Assembly: GCA_048881705.1 (NCBI GenBank)
Contig: JBHLSH010000008.1
Span: forward strand, 1 to 64,000
DNA length: 64,000 bases
Reading direction: 5' to 3'
From: Candidatus Heimdallarchaeota archaeon
GTDB lineage: Archaea > Asgardarchaeota > Heimdallarchaeia > Hodarchaeales > Hodarchaeaceae
Below are positions 47,452 to 57,445 of the stretch, in pieces. The translations under genes were made by a program, and so were the position numbers. The notes under the pieces were generated by a model. It had not been told where the DNA came from, made no database searches, and worked only from the letters and a program-made list of their open reading frames with translations. Numbering within the stretch: the stretch's first letter is position 1; every line of letters starts with the position of its first letter.

Positions 47452-48141
47452 CTATAAAAGTGATAAAAGATGGACTTCATTCTGAATAATGTCAATATCG
47501 CTTATAATCTCGTTGAAATCTACAAGTCTATCTCTCAATTTTTCAAGGTAGCTTGAAAAGACTTCCTTTCGACCGATTATTCGTGATTCAAAGTGTTTTG
47601 GATAGTGTATCAAGAAGATTGCAAGTGGATCGGTATTTTTAAAGGTTGTTTGTTTAGAAAATTTAAATCCGTAAGAAAAATAGTCGAAGGCAGGAAAGGA
47701 TGAAGTAGATTGGCTAACGCTTCGATTCATATTTTGACTGTCTATGGGGAATGGCCCATATAACTGGTCAGTCTTCCCCTGTAAATAAAACACAGCACTA
47801 TATTCCAATAGGCTCTTGATGTAATGATCAGGAAAATTACACCGTTCACTTTTGGCTAGAAGCTTCATTCTATCATTCATGAGAACTCCAAAAGCGATTC
47901 CTATTTCCATCACTTTTTGGTGCGTTTCAGATTGGATAGCGTCCGTTTGCTGTATTTTTGAGTTAAGCATAAACTGGTAGAATATAATTGGCGTAGACCC
48001 CATTAAAACCAGAAGAATTATCCATGAAAATGATTCTAGCGTCGCCTCGTCGAAAATCATGAGACCATGCAAAATTGCAATCAGAATGATAATCGCTGTA
48101 GCAGAACCAATAATCAATACGTATAGAGGTGGCCTTTCCAT
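47452..48141 (-). CDS. 2-TM membrane protein with cytoplasmic LYGPFPI domain
   Basis: Two N-terminal TMs and IAFGV...LYGPFPI...LAIFLIHYP, homologous by eye to the cytoplasmic part of the neighbouring gene. Confidence 0.72.
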   Translation of the reverse strand: MERPPLYVLIIGSATAIIILIAILHGLMIFDEATLESFSWIILLVLMGSTPIIFYQFMLNSKIQQTDAIQSETHQKVMEIGIAFGVLMNDRMKLLAKSERCNFPDHYIKSLLEYSAVFYLQGKTDQLYGPFPIDSQNMNRSVSQSTSSFPAFDYFSYGFKFSKQTTFKNTDPLAIFLIHYPKHFESRIIGRKEVFSSYLEKLRDRLVDFNEIISDIDIIQNEVHLLSLL

Positions 48142-48285
48142 AACAATCTCCAGTGTAGGATAAGTTTGCCTCTTGGAAACACAATAAGAGCTTTTTCCTA
48201 ATAAAATGAATTTAACATTTCGATCTTTTGTGATAACGAAAATTGGCTATATATTTATAACATCTAACAACCCCGTTCGATAATA

Positions 48286-49407
48286 ATGGTCGCTCTCCCA
48301 CAGGATCTCAAAGATTCCATTCCCTTTGAACCTATGATAGAAGATCTTTATGGAGAACACGTTAACGAGCAACATGCTCGAATACTCGCCGTCATGTTTA
48401 AACTTGGAGGGTACACCACTCTAAATACTCTACCTGGAATTTTAAAAATCAAACAGCCAACAGTTAGCATACGGGTTGACGAACTCGTTAAGATGGGGCT
48501 AATAAGAAAAAACACCGAATTAATGCCAATGTCTATCGTCCTGCTTTTATCCCCCGAGGCGTTACGTCGGAAAAATCAGGATCGAATTCAGAAAGTTCGT
48601 TATGCATCGGAATTCCTTCTAAAGATTTCCGAAGTGGAAGAAAAGACCCCGAGTGGAGAATTAATACAAAGGGCACTAGACATACTATTCCCAAGGGAAA
48701 AAGAAGTAGCTGCGATCCTTGCACGATCGTATATATCTCCCGAGGAATTGATTGAGTATCATGATTCACCGGATATGGTCTCAGCGTATATTCACCTCTT
48801 TACTCAGAAGCGGAAAAAACCCCTTATCCGGTTTTCCAGACCTGCACTTCCTCTAAACCTTTGCGTGAAAAGCAGGCTTAGCTATCATGAAGCCTTGCAT
48901 GAGTATTACGATTTTCTGATTGATGACCTAGCAAATTATTTCTTGGAAGAACACGTATCAGTCATACCACACCAATTGTTGCGATTTCCTTCTGAAATTA
49001 AGAATAGGATTGACACATGTTTGAAGCATTATCAGGAGATCCGAATAATAGACAATAACGTGTTTAAATCAAAAGATGGAAAGATGGGTATCGTAGATCT
49101 AGTTGTTAGCTCAGAAAGTTTTAAGAAGCCCTCTTCTTCAGGGGATAACCATGTGGTCAAGGTCATTTCCCAAGAAAAGCACAAACGAGAATTCGATGGC
49201 GAAAAAGCATTCAGTTTTCGGTATGTCCAATTGGTTGACGAGGTCAGCCGCGATTATACGACACGTGACTTCTTAATTTTTGGACAACACGGTTGTTTGG
49301 TAATACCTTCCCGAGAAAACATTGTGGCTTATTACAACATTACGCCGTCTTTTACTGACACCATATCAGAGATATTTGAAAAATATTGGAGTTCCGAAAA
49401 TGCTTAG
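48286..49407 (+). CDS. TrmB-like winged-helix transcriptional regulator
   Basis: N-terminal wHTH (YTTLNTLPGILKIKQPTVSIRVDELVKMGLI) and a C-terminus resembling the TrmB/PLD-like domain (RDFLIFG..FTDTISEIFEKYW). Confidence 0.65.
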   Translation: MVALPQDLKDSIPFEPMIEDLYGEHVNEQHARILAVMFKLGGYTTLNTLPGILKIKQPTVSIRVDELVKMGLIRKNTELMPMSIVLLLSPEALRRKNQDRIQKVRYASEFLLKISEVEEKTPSGELIQRALDILFPREKEVAAILARSYISPEELIEYHDSPDMVSAYIHLFTQKRKKPLIRFSRPALPLNLCVKSRLSYHEALHEYYDFLIDDLANYFLEEHVSVIPHQLLRFPSEIKNRIDTCLKHYQEIRIIDNNVFKSKDGKMGIVDLVVSSESFKKPSSSGDNHVVKVISQEKHKREFDGEKAFSFRYVQLVDEVSRDYTTRDFLIFGQHGCLVIPSRENIVAYYNITPSFTDTISEIFEKYWSSENA

Positions 49408-49987
49408 AGATTTTTTACGAATTATAAAAGGATTTGTACTCTTTATAGGACCTACTCAAGCAGGCAAAACATCTATCCTCAGACGTTTGGTTACGGGCAA
49501 ATTCGAAGATCCTGAGCCTACACTTGGATTTCGTGAGGAAAATATCGCAAAAGTTAGAGTTATAGAGATTGGAGGTCAATTGGAATTCAAAAAACATTGG
49601 GGAACGGCCATTGAACAGAAACCAGTCTGGATATTTTACGTGGTAGATATCACCAGACATGATGAATTTGGGGAATTCGAAGAATTTGTGGCGAAGCTTG
49701 AAGCAGTTGATTCTGGAATACGTAAAAAAATCACTCTGGTATTAAACAAGGTTGACAAACTAGAAGGGGTTACAAAAACCGTACCACCATCAAATTCAAT
49801 CACATGTAGTGCAAAAACAGGTGAAGGTATGATAGACCTGCTTGAGGAGGTAGCAAGTAATAAAGATGCGATAGCATCAGATACAAGCGATCTTGGTACT
49901 GTTACTACTGAAGAAGTTTCCTCAAATGATCAAAAAGGGGAAACTGATACCGAGACACTTCTTAATGAATACAAAGATAAGTTTTAA
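49400..49987 (+). CDS. Small Ras-superfamily GTPase (Arf-like)
   Basis: G1 GPTQAGKTS, G2 PTLG, G3 EIGGQ, G4 NKVD and G5 CSAK. The ATG at 49400 overlaps the upstream gene's 3' end by 8 bp. Confidence 0.92.
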   Translation: MLRDFLRIIKGFVLFIGPTQAGKTSILRRLVTGKFEDPEPTLGFREENIAKVRVIEIGGQLEFKKHWGTAIEQKPVWIFYVVDITRHDEFGEFEEFVAKLEAVDSGIRKKITLVLNKVDKLEGVTKTVPPSNSITCSAKTGEGMIDLLEEVASNKDAIASDTSDLGTVTTEEVSSNDQKGETDTETLLNEYKDKF

Positions 49988-50020
49988 TCCCTGGAATTAC
50001 GAAAGAGCGCTTTTTTTCAG

Positions 50021-50449
50021 CTAGGATTTGTACAGATAGGCTTGTTTTAACCAATCCAGCAATTGTTTGTCAATTTCCTCTTGAGTTTCAATCATAACGA
50101 CATGTACGATCGTCCCATTCATTTTTGCCGCTTTATAGATCCTCGGATGCGTAATCCGATCTGGTAATTTGAACTCGACCTTTATTTTATCCTTCAGAAT
50201 GAAAATCATGCCAAATTGTGCACGCGCACTCATATTGATTGCAAATGAAATAGCATCAAACCGAACGGGGAGTTCTGCCACCAGCTGATCCTTTAAACTC
50301 TGATATAATAGTTTTACCTTCTCGGATTTTCCTTTGAGATGATCCCGCGGTTTTATCTTAGTACAAGTGTGGGATTGGTTTTTCCTAGCAAACTGCCTTT
50401 TGCATTTCTTGCATGTCCAAAGGTTAATAGCCAATTCCAGACATCTCAT
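50021..50449 (-). CDS. DUF5655-like protein with N-terminal CxxC-H-C motif
   Basis: WTCKKCKRQFARKNQSHTC and QEEIDKQLLDWLKQAY motifs. Confidence 0.75.
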   Translation of the reverse strand: MRCLELAINLWTCKKCKRQFARKNQSHTCTKIKPRDHLKGKSEKVKLLYQSLKDQLVAELPVRFDAISFAINMSARAQFGMIFILKDKIKVEFKLPDRITHPRIYKAAKMNGTIVHVVMIETQEEIDKQLLDWLKQAYLYKS

Positions 50450-50496
50450 TATGTTTGATACAGGATATTACAGATGGTTAGTCCCCAGAATAGATG

Positions 50497-51960
50497 CTAA
50501 CTATTCCTGAGTTTATAATTGACTTTGTGCATCAAATGGCGCTCGTAATCAAACGTAATTTCGCCATTCGCATGAAAAGTGAATTCGACATCCATCGTAC
50601 CATAAGGATTAACAACGTGGAATTTGTGCGGAGTGCTTGCCTCAGAGGATGGAATCAAAGGGAATGAGAATTTTTCAATGAGTTCTCCTTCAAGATATAG
50701 CAGGCCTGCTTTCTCTACAATTTCCATTTTTACGGTTTTCTTGTAAGCTTCATATTTCCCTACGATCTTCTCAAAAAAATCCCTGCGTTCGATAAACGGT
50801 AGTTCCTTATCAGGTTCTTTTCCCATTAGGAGGAGAAATGCATAGTCGATTAGATGGCGAGGAAGCCAACCGATATTGTAAAGCTGAGCGTAAGTCACCT
50901 CCAATTCGGGAATAAACCCAATATATCCTCCCGAGACTCCAGAAGAGCCGCTATGTGTGATCAATGTATATCCATGATAATTTTCTACAACTCCCCAGCC
51001 ATAACCGTAAGCGCTTTTTCCACGGTGCAATAGAAAATTCCTACCTGTCAAATTAGTATTGTGAGGCTTTCGCATTTCCAGGATGAGATCTTCTTTAAGA
51101 ATCTGGTTTCCATTAAACGACCCATTATTGAGATGAAATAATAAGTAGTTTGTAAGTTCACGAACCGTTGAATTTAATCCTCCTGCTCCTGAATTAAATG
51201 GACCTGAGAGATGCGGTTTGGGTATTCGCTTGAGTTTCTTTTTTTGGGTTTCCTCCCCATATGCCCTGGAGGCATCTTTATCTTTTTCAAGCTCATCCCT
51301 AGAAAAAGTGCTTCGCTTCATGCCTAGTGGGGAGAAAATCTTCTCTCTCATATATTGCTCATACGACACCCCCGCGACTTTACTTATAATCTGGCTTAAA
51401 ATCGTAAACCCACCATTAAAATAATAAAATTTCTTTCTTGGAGCATTAAGAACTTCTTTTTTTGCATCGTTCATGTGAAACCAAAAATCATCCCAATTCC
51501 CCATGGGAAAATTAGGAATACCGCCAACAAATAACTCCTCATTGATAATAGGAAAAACATAATCGCTTAAAGAGGGGATCCCCGAGGCATGGCACATTAG
51601 ATGATGAATCGTGATGGGATCCTCTTCAAAACCGATTGTCAGGGGAACATACTTCGAAATAGGGTCATAAATATTCAGTTTGCCCTCCTGATGTAATTGA
51701 AGGATGCCAACACAAGTCATGGACTTGGTAATGGACGCGATACCATATAAAGTATCGAGGGACGCAGGTTTTCCGCCCTGCCATTCACGTGAACCATAAG
51801 CACGTTCATAGAAAACTTCTTGCTTTTTTGTGATCAAAATCGACATACCAGGAACTTTATTATCGCGCATCAAGTGAACAGCTTCTCTATCGAATTTCCT
51901 CTTGAAATCTCTTATCTCTATTTCTTTCATAAGGGCACCATTCTGGTTTAACGTGGTCAT
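50497..51960 (-). CDS. Serine hydrolase, beta-lactamase/peptidase S12 family (Pab87-like)
   Basis: SxxK (ASITK), LMCHASG, YFNG (YxN), HSG and a C-terminal beta domain. Confidence 0.9.
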   Translation of the reverse strand: MTTLNQNGALMKEIEIRDFKRKFDREAVHLMRDNKVPGMSILITKKQEVFYERAYGSREWQGGKPASLDTLYGIASITKSMTCVGILQLHQEGKLNIYDPISKYVPLTIGFEEDPITIHHLMCHASGIPSLSDYVFPIINEELFVGGIPNFPMGNWDDFWFHMNDAKKEVLNAPRKKFYYFNGGFTILSQIISKVAGVSYEQYMREKIFSPLGMKRSTFSRDELEKDKDASRAYGEETQKKKLKRIPKPHLSGPFNSGAGGLNSTVRELTNYLLFHLNNGSFNGNQILKEDLILEMRKPHNTNLTGRNFLLHRGKSAYGYGWGVVENYHGYTLITHSGSSGVSGGYIGFIPELEVTYAQLYNIGWLPRHLIDYAFLLLMGKEPDKELPFIERRDFFEKIVGKYEAYKKTVKMEIVEKAGLLYLEGELIEKFSFPLIPSSEASTPHKFHVVNPYGTMDVEFTFHANGEITFDYERHLMHKVNYKLRNS

Positions 51961-52044
51961 CTAGCTCTGCACTAGAGACTACTTCGTTTTATAAATAGTA
52001 AACGAGTAAATAGATATTAATCGTCTCGAATCGTGGAATTTCAA

Positions 52045-52974
52045 TTATTGATGAGACAATAATAATCTTTTCGTGTTATTTCCAAGTATATCCCATCTAT
52101 CCTCATCCGTAATGATTTTTCGAATCACCAAATCTTCCAAGATGCCTTTTTGTCTAAGAACCACATCGTGACGAAGGGCAAGACGCCCAGAATCAGTACC
52201 AAATAAAATATGTTGGGGGGTTAGCGCAAGTACGCTCTTCTCAAACACGGTGGTTAATGAGTCAATAGGACTCCATTGTATCCAATCATTAGATCCACTT
52301 GTATCAACGTATAATCGATCCTGGTGGGAATAAGCCATTAAAAAGATCTCGCGTAAGTATCCTGCACCAAAATGCGCAATAATATATCGTTGTTCTTCTA
52401 ATTTAGGATTTTGTAACCAAGGACGGAGTTCGATTGGATTGGCAGGCCAGCTTGCGAGATTTCTTGGCCCACCTTTCATAACTCCAAAGTGAATCATCGG
52501 TACCAAGTCTAAATCAAGACACTTTTCTAGATAAGGAAGAACACGGTGGTCATTAAAATCAAAATCATTCCCCCATGCCCCAGGATAGAATTTTATCGAT
52601 ACGGCGCCTTTTTTCTTATATTCATCTATCATATCTGGTGAATCATATCGTGGATCAATAAACGGGATTAACGCTGGGAATTTATCTGGGAACATTTTAT
52701 GTGCCTGGTATACGGTATCAAAATCACCACTAAATGACATGAGGAGAACTTGGTCGACGTTTGATTTCTCCATCTCTGTTACAGTTAATCTGGCCCGCTG
52801 TTCCGTTGTAGGGAGCGCCTCAATGAACTGTTTTAATTCAGGATTGGTTTCTAAAATGTCGTCTGGAAAATTTTGTTTGAACGCTGGAATGCTTGATTTG
52901 GTGAAAAAATGATGATGAACATCACAGGTGAGTTTTTCATTCACTTCGCTAGATTTAGAAAGTTCGTATGACAT
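52045..52974 (-). CDS. Amidohydrolase family 2 protein
   Basis: DVHHH, IKFYP, MIHFG, IIAHFG, YVDTS and LFGTDS motifs. Confidence 0.9.
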   Translation of the reverse strand: MSYELSKSSEVNEKLTCDVHHHFFTKSSIPAFKQNFPDDILETNPELKQFIEALPTTEQRARLTVTEMEKSNVDQVLLMSFSGDFDTVYQAHKMFPDKFPALIPFIDPRYDSPDMIDEYKKKGAVSIKFYPGAWGNDFDFNDHRVLPYLEKCLDLDLVPMIHFGVMKGGPRNLASWPANPIELRPWLQNPKLEEQRYIIAHFGAGYLREIFLMAYSHQDRLYVDTSGSNDWIQWSPIDSLTTVFEKSVLALTPQHILFGTDSGRLALRHDVVLRQKGILEDLVIRKIITDEDRWDILGNNTKRLLLSHQ

Positions 52975-53365
52975 AATGTTGCCCGGAGAGAAGCGAATAT
53001 TTCAGTATGCTGTTTGGTACTTCGCAATTAGGGTAGCAACTCCCAATCGGGCCGTGAGAAAAATCGTAAGGATCACCATTAAGTTCACATTTGGATACAA
53101 TGCACCTTATTAACTGGCTATGGACTTATTTCATCGTAGTAAGTAGATAGTAAGGAGTGAATCAACTGCATCGCTAAGAGAAGATTAGAAATGAGATGAT
53201 TTGGATGGAACCTAGAAATGAAATATCAAAAACACATAAGAGAAGGAAGAAATGAATTTGAATCGAGATCAAACCGGCTGGTTTCCCTTCCCGAACTGAA
53301 ACGCCTTATTGGACGGTATAATCCTCACAAGATGGATCTTCTCAATATAGCCTTGAAAAATTCCC

Positions 53366-54862
53366 TTATTTCCTGCTTTGTCGGTGGATAGATAGTCCCA
53401 ACGCCCCCAGGATTCCCAGAATCAAAATCATTGTAGGAAAAAAATGAGAGGGAATTCCATCGGAAGGTTTTTGCGTTGAAGAAGTTCTAGGAAAATAATC
53501 GTGATTAATCGTTCCTCCCTCGATAAGATAGGGCCGATCCACGAGGCCATCCAGATTGATATCTGGGGATGTCCAGTCACTCCAATAATTATAAGCAATA
53601 TAGTTGTTGTTTCCATCATCATATGCTTGGGAGGTTCCGTTTGGATTGTTTTCGATGAAATCGTTCCAAATTACCGAATTATTGTGGGACGAAGATAAAG
53701 CTATTCCTCGGTCATAGTTTCCTCTAAATGCGTTACCGGAGATAATGCATCTACTTGTGGTATCTATCCCAAGGCCGGATCCACTGTTATTAACAATAAG
53801 GTTGAACATAATGGAACACTCGCTAGAAGAAGATAAGAAGATCCCATTTCCATCATTGTCTGTCAGGTTGTTTTTAGCAATGGTGGTATTACCAGAAGCT
53901 AATAAAAATATACCAGATGCCCTATTACTATTAATGGCATTATAAATTATGATATTATCGCCTGAAGAAAGACCAATAACACCATTTTGAATGCTGTCGG
54001 TAATAGAGTTATTTGATATCGTGTTGGCAATACTATACTCCATAAAGATTCCCCATTCGTTGGCGGTCAATAGATTGTTTGAAAAAAGATTTGATTCCGA
54101 GCTCAGAAGAGCGACTCCGTACTTGCTATTGTGAGTGAAAACATTATCTGAAACGGCGTTGTTATACGAATGTGCGATCCTAATTCCCCCTTCACTGCTG
54201 TGATTAATTATATTTTCTGCGATGATACTCGTTACGACCGATTCAAGGGAAATCCCATATCCTGCATTATCGAGAAGGATATTGTCCGTAGTTCTAGTAG
54301 TACCTGTTCTCAATTGGAAAATGCCATCAGCAGCATTTTCTGTGATCATATTACTATTTATGGTGATATTATGGGAGTCCTGAACATAGATGCCATATCC
54401 GAGGTTTTGGGTGACTGTATTATTGTAAATATGAGCATTAAGACTGTTTTCTAAACGAATGCCGTCCATAGCTCCTTCTAACCGACAATACCTGACGTCA
54501 AAAAACACGGTTGTATTTACAATTGAAATCGCATAGGCGCCGCCGACTATGCCAAGCTCCTCGATAATATATGGCGATGCCGCAGATCCATCCCCTGACC
54601 AGTTCTCGGTTGTGGATTGTATCTGAAAATCCTCGTTTCCCTGGATCAATATAGGCAAATGACTTTCAAAGGATACGGTGGGGCTGACAGCTGAATGGAT
54701 CTTGTTGGTATTTCTTTGGATTACTGGTAGATGACTTCCGTGCCCAAAAAGTGATTGAGTTTCGCTGATATGCCCCACTTTTGGTGAGATTAATGCAATG
54801 AGTATTAATATCGCAAAAAATCCTTTTACGGCTTTTTTTTTAATTTTCTTTGAGAATTTCAA
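53366..54862 (-). CDS. Parallel beta-helix (NosD/CASH-type) membrane-anchored surface protein
   Basis: Signal peptide and beta-helix repeats. It shares an N-cap (PILIQGNEDF..NWSGDGS..PYII) and a C-cap (NYWSDWTSPD..DG.VD.PY.I.G) with the 4829..7699 protein. Confidence 0.9.
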   Translation of the reverse strand: MKFSKKIKKKAVKGFFAILILIALISPKVGHISETQSLFGHGSHLPVIQRNTNKIHSAVSPTVSFESHLPILIQGNEDFQIQSTTENWSGDGSAASPYIIEELGIVGGAYAISIVNTTVFFDVRYCRLEGAMDGIRLENSLNAHIYNNTVTQNLGYGIYVQDSHNITINSNMITENAADGIFQLRTGTTRTTDNILLDNAGYGISLESVVTSIIAENIINHSSEGGIRIAHSYNNAVSDNVFTHNSKYGVALLSSESNLFSNNLLTANEWGIFMEYSIANTISNNSITDSIQNGVIGLSSGDNIIIYNAINSNRASGIFLLASGNTTIAKNNLTDNDGNGIFLSSSSECSIMFNLIVNNSGSGLGIDTTSRCIISGNAFRGNYDRGIALSSSHNNSVIWNDFIENNPNGTSQAYDDGNNNYIAYNYWSDWTSPDINLDGLVDRPYLIEGGTINHDYFPRTSSTQKPSDGIPSHFFPTMILILGILGALGLSIHRQSRK

Positions 54863-55127
54863 GGACGCGCACAGGTCTTTGTCTTTGATATGGTCGAGTT
54901 CTTAAGTTGATTCGCGGATTTTAATCTTCTCATTGCCAGCATTTTTCTGAATTTAACGGATTACCTCTTCATCATAATATTAGAGAACACAGCGGGCTGT
55001 GTTTAAGAAAAGTTATGTCCTTAAAAGGGTACTTCGCGAATGAGGAATTGAATATACGAAAAAGCCCTTTGGGTGACAGAATAAAATCGAAGGGACTGAT
55101 ATAGGACAAAAGGAGAGTCACGAAAAC

Positions 55128-55319
55128 TTGGTAGGTCTCCTAGGACTCGAACTTCCATTTTTTTGCTACATAGACGAAAAAAATCATTCTGGATCAGAAA
55201 CAATGTACAGGTGTCAAAACTGCGGAATATATATGTGTAGTGACTGTTATAAGGCGCTCACTATCACAGCAGGGCCGATTAAATGCCTTCAATGCAACGG
55301 TATTCTTACCTTGGCATAA
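55128..55319 (+). CDS. Small Cys-rich zinc-finger protein
   Basis: Pattern C-x2-D-x3-H...CxxC-x4-CxxC-x12-CxxC in 63 aa. Confidence 0.7.
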   Translation: MVGLLGLELPFFCYIDEKNHSGSETMYRCQNCGIYMCSDCYKALTITAGPIKCLQCNGILTLA

Positions 55320-55439
55320 ATTTTGCTCACTTACGAACAGAAAAAACGCAAAAACCTGCGGCGATCCTTTAGGGATGAGATTACGGGATATTTTGGCTAG
55401 GAGAAAACAATTAGATACTATACTGTGGATTGTTGAGAA

Positions 55440-55613
55440 ATGAATGACCAGCTTCGAAAATTTAAAGAAAAAACCGCCGAAATTTCAGAGGAAAAGGCGA
55501 AAACAATCATGCTAAAGGCAAATGATTTAACATTTAAGGAACTAGAGGAGCGGGATGACCTACTAACATATTCACGTCTTCAACGGGAGTTTTCAAAAAA
55601 ATCCTTTAAATGA
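55440..55613 (+). CDS. Small hypothetical protein (57 aa)
   Basis: Translated by hand (MNDQLRKFKEKTAEISEEKAK...). Its TGA overlaps the next ATG (ATGA). Confidence 0.4.
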   Translation: MNDQLRKFKEKTAEISEEKAKTIMLKANDLTFKELEERDDLLTYSRLQREFSKKSFK

Positions 55614-55888
55614 TGGACAATTGGAGGTATAACAACGAGGACAGCGTAAAAAATTCAGCTTTATTCGAAGTACATGTCAAATACCAATATATGGTAAACT
55701 CTTGCTGGTTTCAGCCAAAAAACATTCCTGTTGTAACAAACGAGAGCGTTACGATAGCTCGGAGCGAGATATCACTACCTGAATTGCAAATCTGGATGGG
55801 AGTTCTCCAAAACATGGGAAATAGATTTTATATGTCCCGATTAATAGTCGCAAGGAAATCATTTAATTCATATCTATCCACCGAGTAA
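55610..55888 (+). CDS. Hypothetical protein upstream of the methyltransferase
   Basis: 92-aa ORF with an ATGA overlap upstream and 7 bp to the MTase start. Confidence 0.5.
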   Translation: MMDNWRYNNEDSVKNSALFEVHVKYQYMVNSCWFQPKNIPVVTNESVTIARSEISLPELQIWMGVLQNMGNRFYMSRLIVARKSFNSYLSTE

Positions 55889-55895
55889 CGGGAAA

Positions 55896-57413
55896 ATGGG
55901 CCATAGAATCAAAGAATTTGGAGATTTTCAAACATCTGATGATCTTGCAGATGAAATCCTCCAGTACTTATTGCGTGAAGGAGTAAAACCCCAAACCATC
56001 ATCGAACCAACATGTGGCAAAGGATCTTTCGTTAGATCAGCTCTCAGGTACTTCCCAAACACCAAAATTATAGCGAGGGATATTAATCGTAAATATATAG
56101 CAGGCATTAAATCTGATCTGGGTGAGAATGCCAAACTAGATATTAAAGTTGCAGATTTTTTTAAGGTTCCTTGGACTAGAATAATAAAAAAGGCGGCTCC
56201 TCCTGTTTTGATTGTGGGCAATCCGCCATGGGTGACAGCGGCCGATATGGGAGTGATGGAGGGAAATAATATACCTCAAAGATCGAATTTCGCAGGGTAT
56301 GCGGGACTTGATGCAATAACTGGTAAAAGCAATTTCGACATATCTGAATGGATGAGTATTGAACTTTTGAAGGCCCTGGGTGGAAAATATGGTACCTTTG
56401 CCATGATTTGTAAGGCCAGCGTGGCTCGAAGGGTTTTTGAATTTCTAGCAAAGAGTTCTGTTTGGGTTCAATCAGCTTCTTTCTGCATTATCGACACGAA
56501 ACGACATTTCAATGTTTCGACGGTAGCAGGCGTTTTCATCTGCACCATTAAGCCTGGGTTTAGAACGAACACCTGTCGGGTGTTAAGGGGATTAGAAAAT
56601 GGTCCATTGGTTCAGGAAATAGGCTACATTGACCAAACGTTGGTCGCGGATATTTCTCTTTACCAAAAATATAGTTATTTAAAGGGAGCTGGCATTTATA
56701 GCTGGCGTTCTGGTATTAAACATGATTGCGCCTCCATTATGGAACTAGAACTTCGTGACGGCCATTTATTCAATGGACTAGAGGAGGAAGTTAAGATAGA
56801 GGATACCTATCTCTTCCCTCTGCTTAAAAGCTCAGATATCGCAAATAAGCGGACAACCTCTACCAGGAAATTTATGCTTGTAACTCAGACTTTTATTGGA
56901 GAAGACACACGAAAAATCGCAAATACTGCTCCAATGACATGGGAGTATTTAATGACACATCAAGAGCTGTTTGATGGAAGGAAAAGCAGAATTTATAAGG
57001 GGAAACCTCAATTCGCCATATTTGGGGTGGGAAGCTATACTTTCTCTCCTTGGAAGGTAGCGATTTCTGGAATGTATAAACATCTCACTTTCGAATTGAT
57101 CTCCCCGCTTTATTCCAAACCGGTGGTCTTGGATGATACCTGTTACTTTATCCCAGCGCGCTCTCGTGAGGAGGCATCAATTTTACAGCACCTCTATATG
57201 CACTTCAAGGTACAAGGCTTCTATCGTTCCCTTATTTTCTGGGATTCCAAACGGCCAATCAAAAAGGAAGTATTGCAGCAATTAGATCCGAGGAACTTAG
57301 TAAAGGAAATAGGACTCGAGCAAATATTACAGGGGATTAATGCCAAATCTCCAACCTTGGATCAGGACAAGGTAAGAAACGCGTTATCGTCTGTTATAGG
57401 ATATCATGCCTGA
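55896..57413 (+). CDS. Amino (N6-adenine-type) DNA methyltransferase
   Basis: FGDFQTS, motif I EPTCGKGSF and catalytic motif IV GNPPW (gamma order), followed by a probable target-recognition region (SGIKHD). Confidence 0.88.
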   Translation: MGHRIKEFGDFQTSDDLADEILQYLLREGVKPQTIIEPTCGKGSFVRSALRYFPNTKIIARDINRKYIAGIKSDLGENAKLDIKVADFFKVPWTRIIKKAAPPVLIVGNPPWVTAADMGVMEGNNIPQRSNFAGYAGLDAITGKSNFDISEWMSIELLKALGGKYGTFAMICKASVARRVFEFLAKSSVWVQSASFCIIDTKRHFNVSTVAGVFICTIKPGFRTNTCRVLRGLENGPLVQEIGYIDQTLVADISLYQKYSYLKGAGIYSWRSGIKHDCASIMELELRDGHLFNGLEEEVKIEDTYLFPLLKSSDIANKRTTSTRKFMLVTQTFIGEDTRKIANTAPMTWEYLMTHQELFDGRKSRIYKGKPQFAIFGVGSYTFSPWKVAISGMYKHLTFELISPLYSKPVVLDDTCYFIPARSREEASILQHLYMHFKVQGFYRSLIFWDSKRPIKKEVLQQLDPRNLVKEIGLEQILQGINAKSPTLDQDKVRNALSSVIGYHA

Positions 57414-57445
57414 CTGTATTGGCCAACATCATACTTTTGGAGCCC

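Noticed and set aside
55595-55613. Programmed -1 frameshift joining the 57-aa and 92-aa ORFs at the A-run
   Set aside because: The -1 frame after the A-run hits TAA (ATC CTT TAA) before reaching the next ORF.
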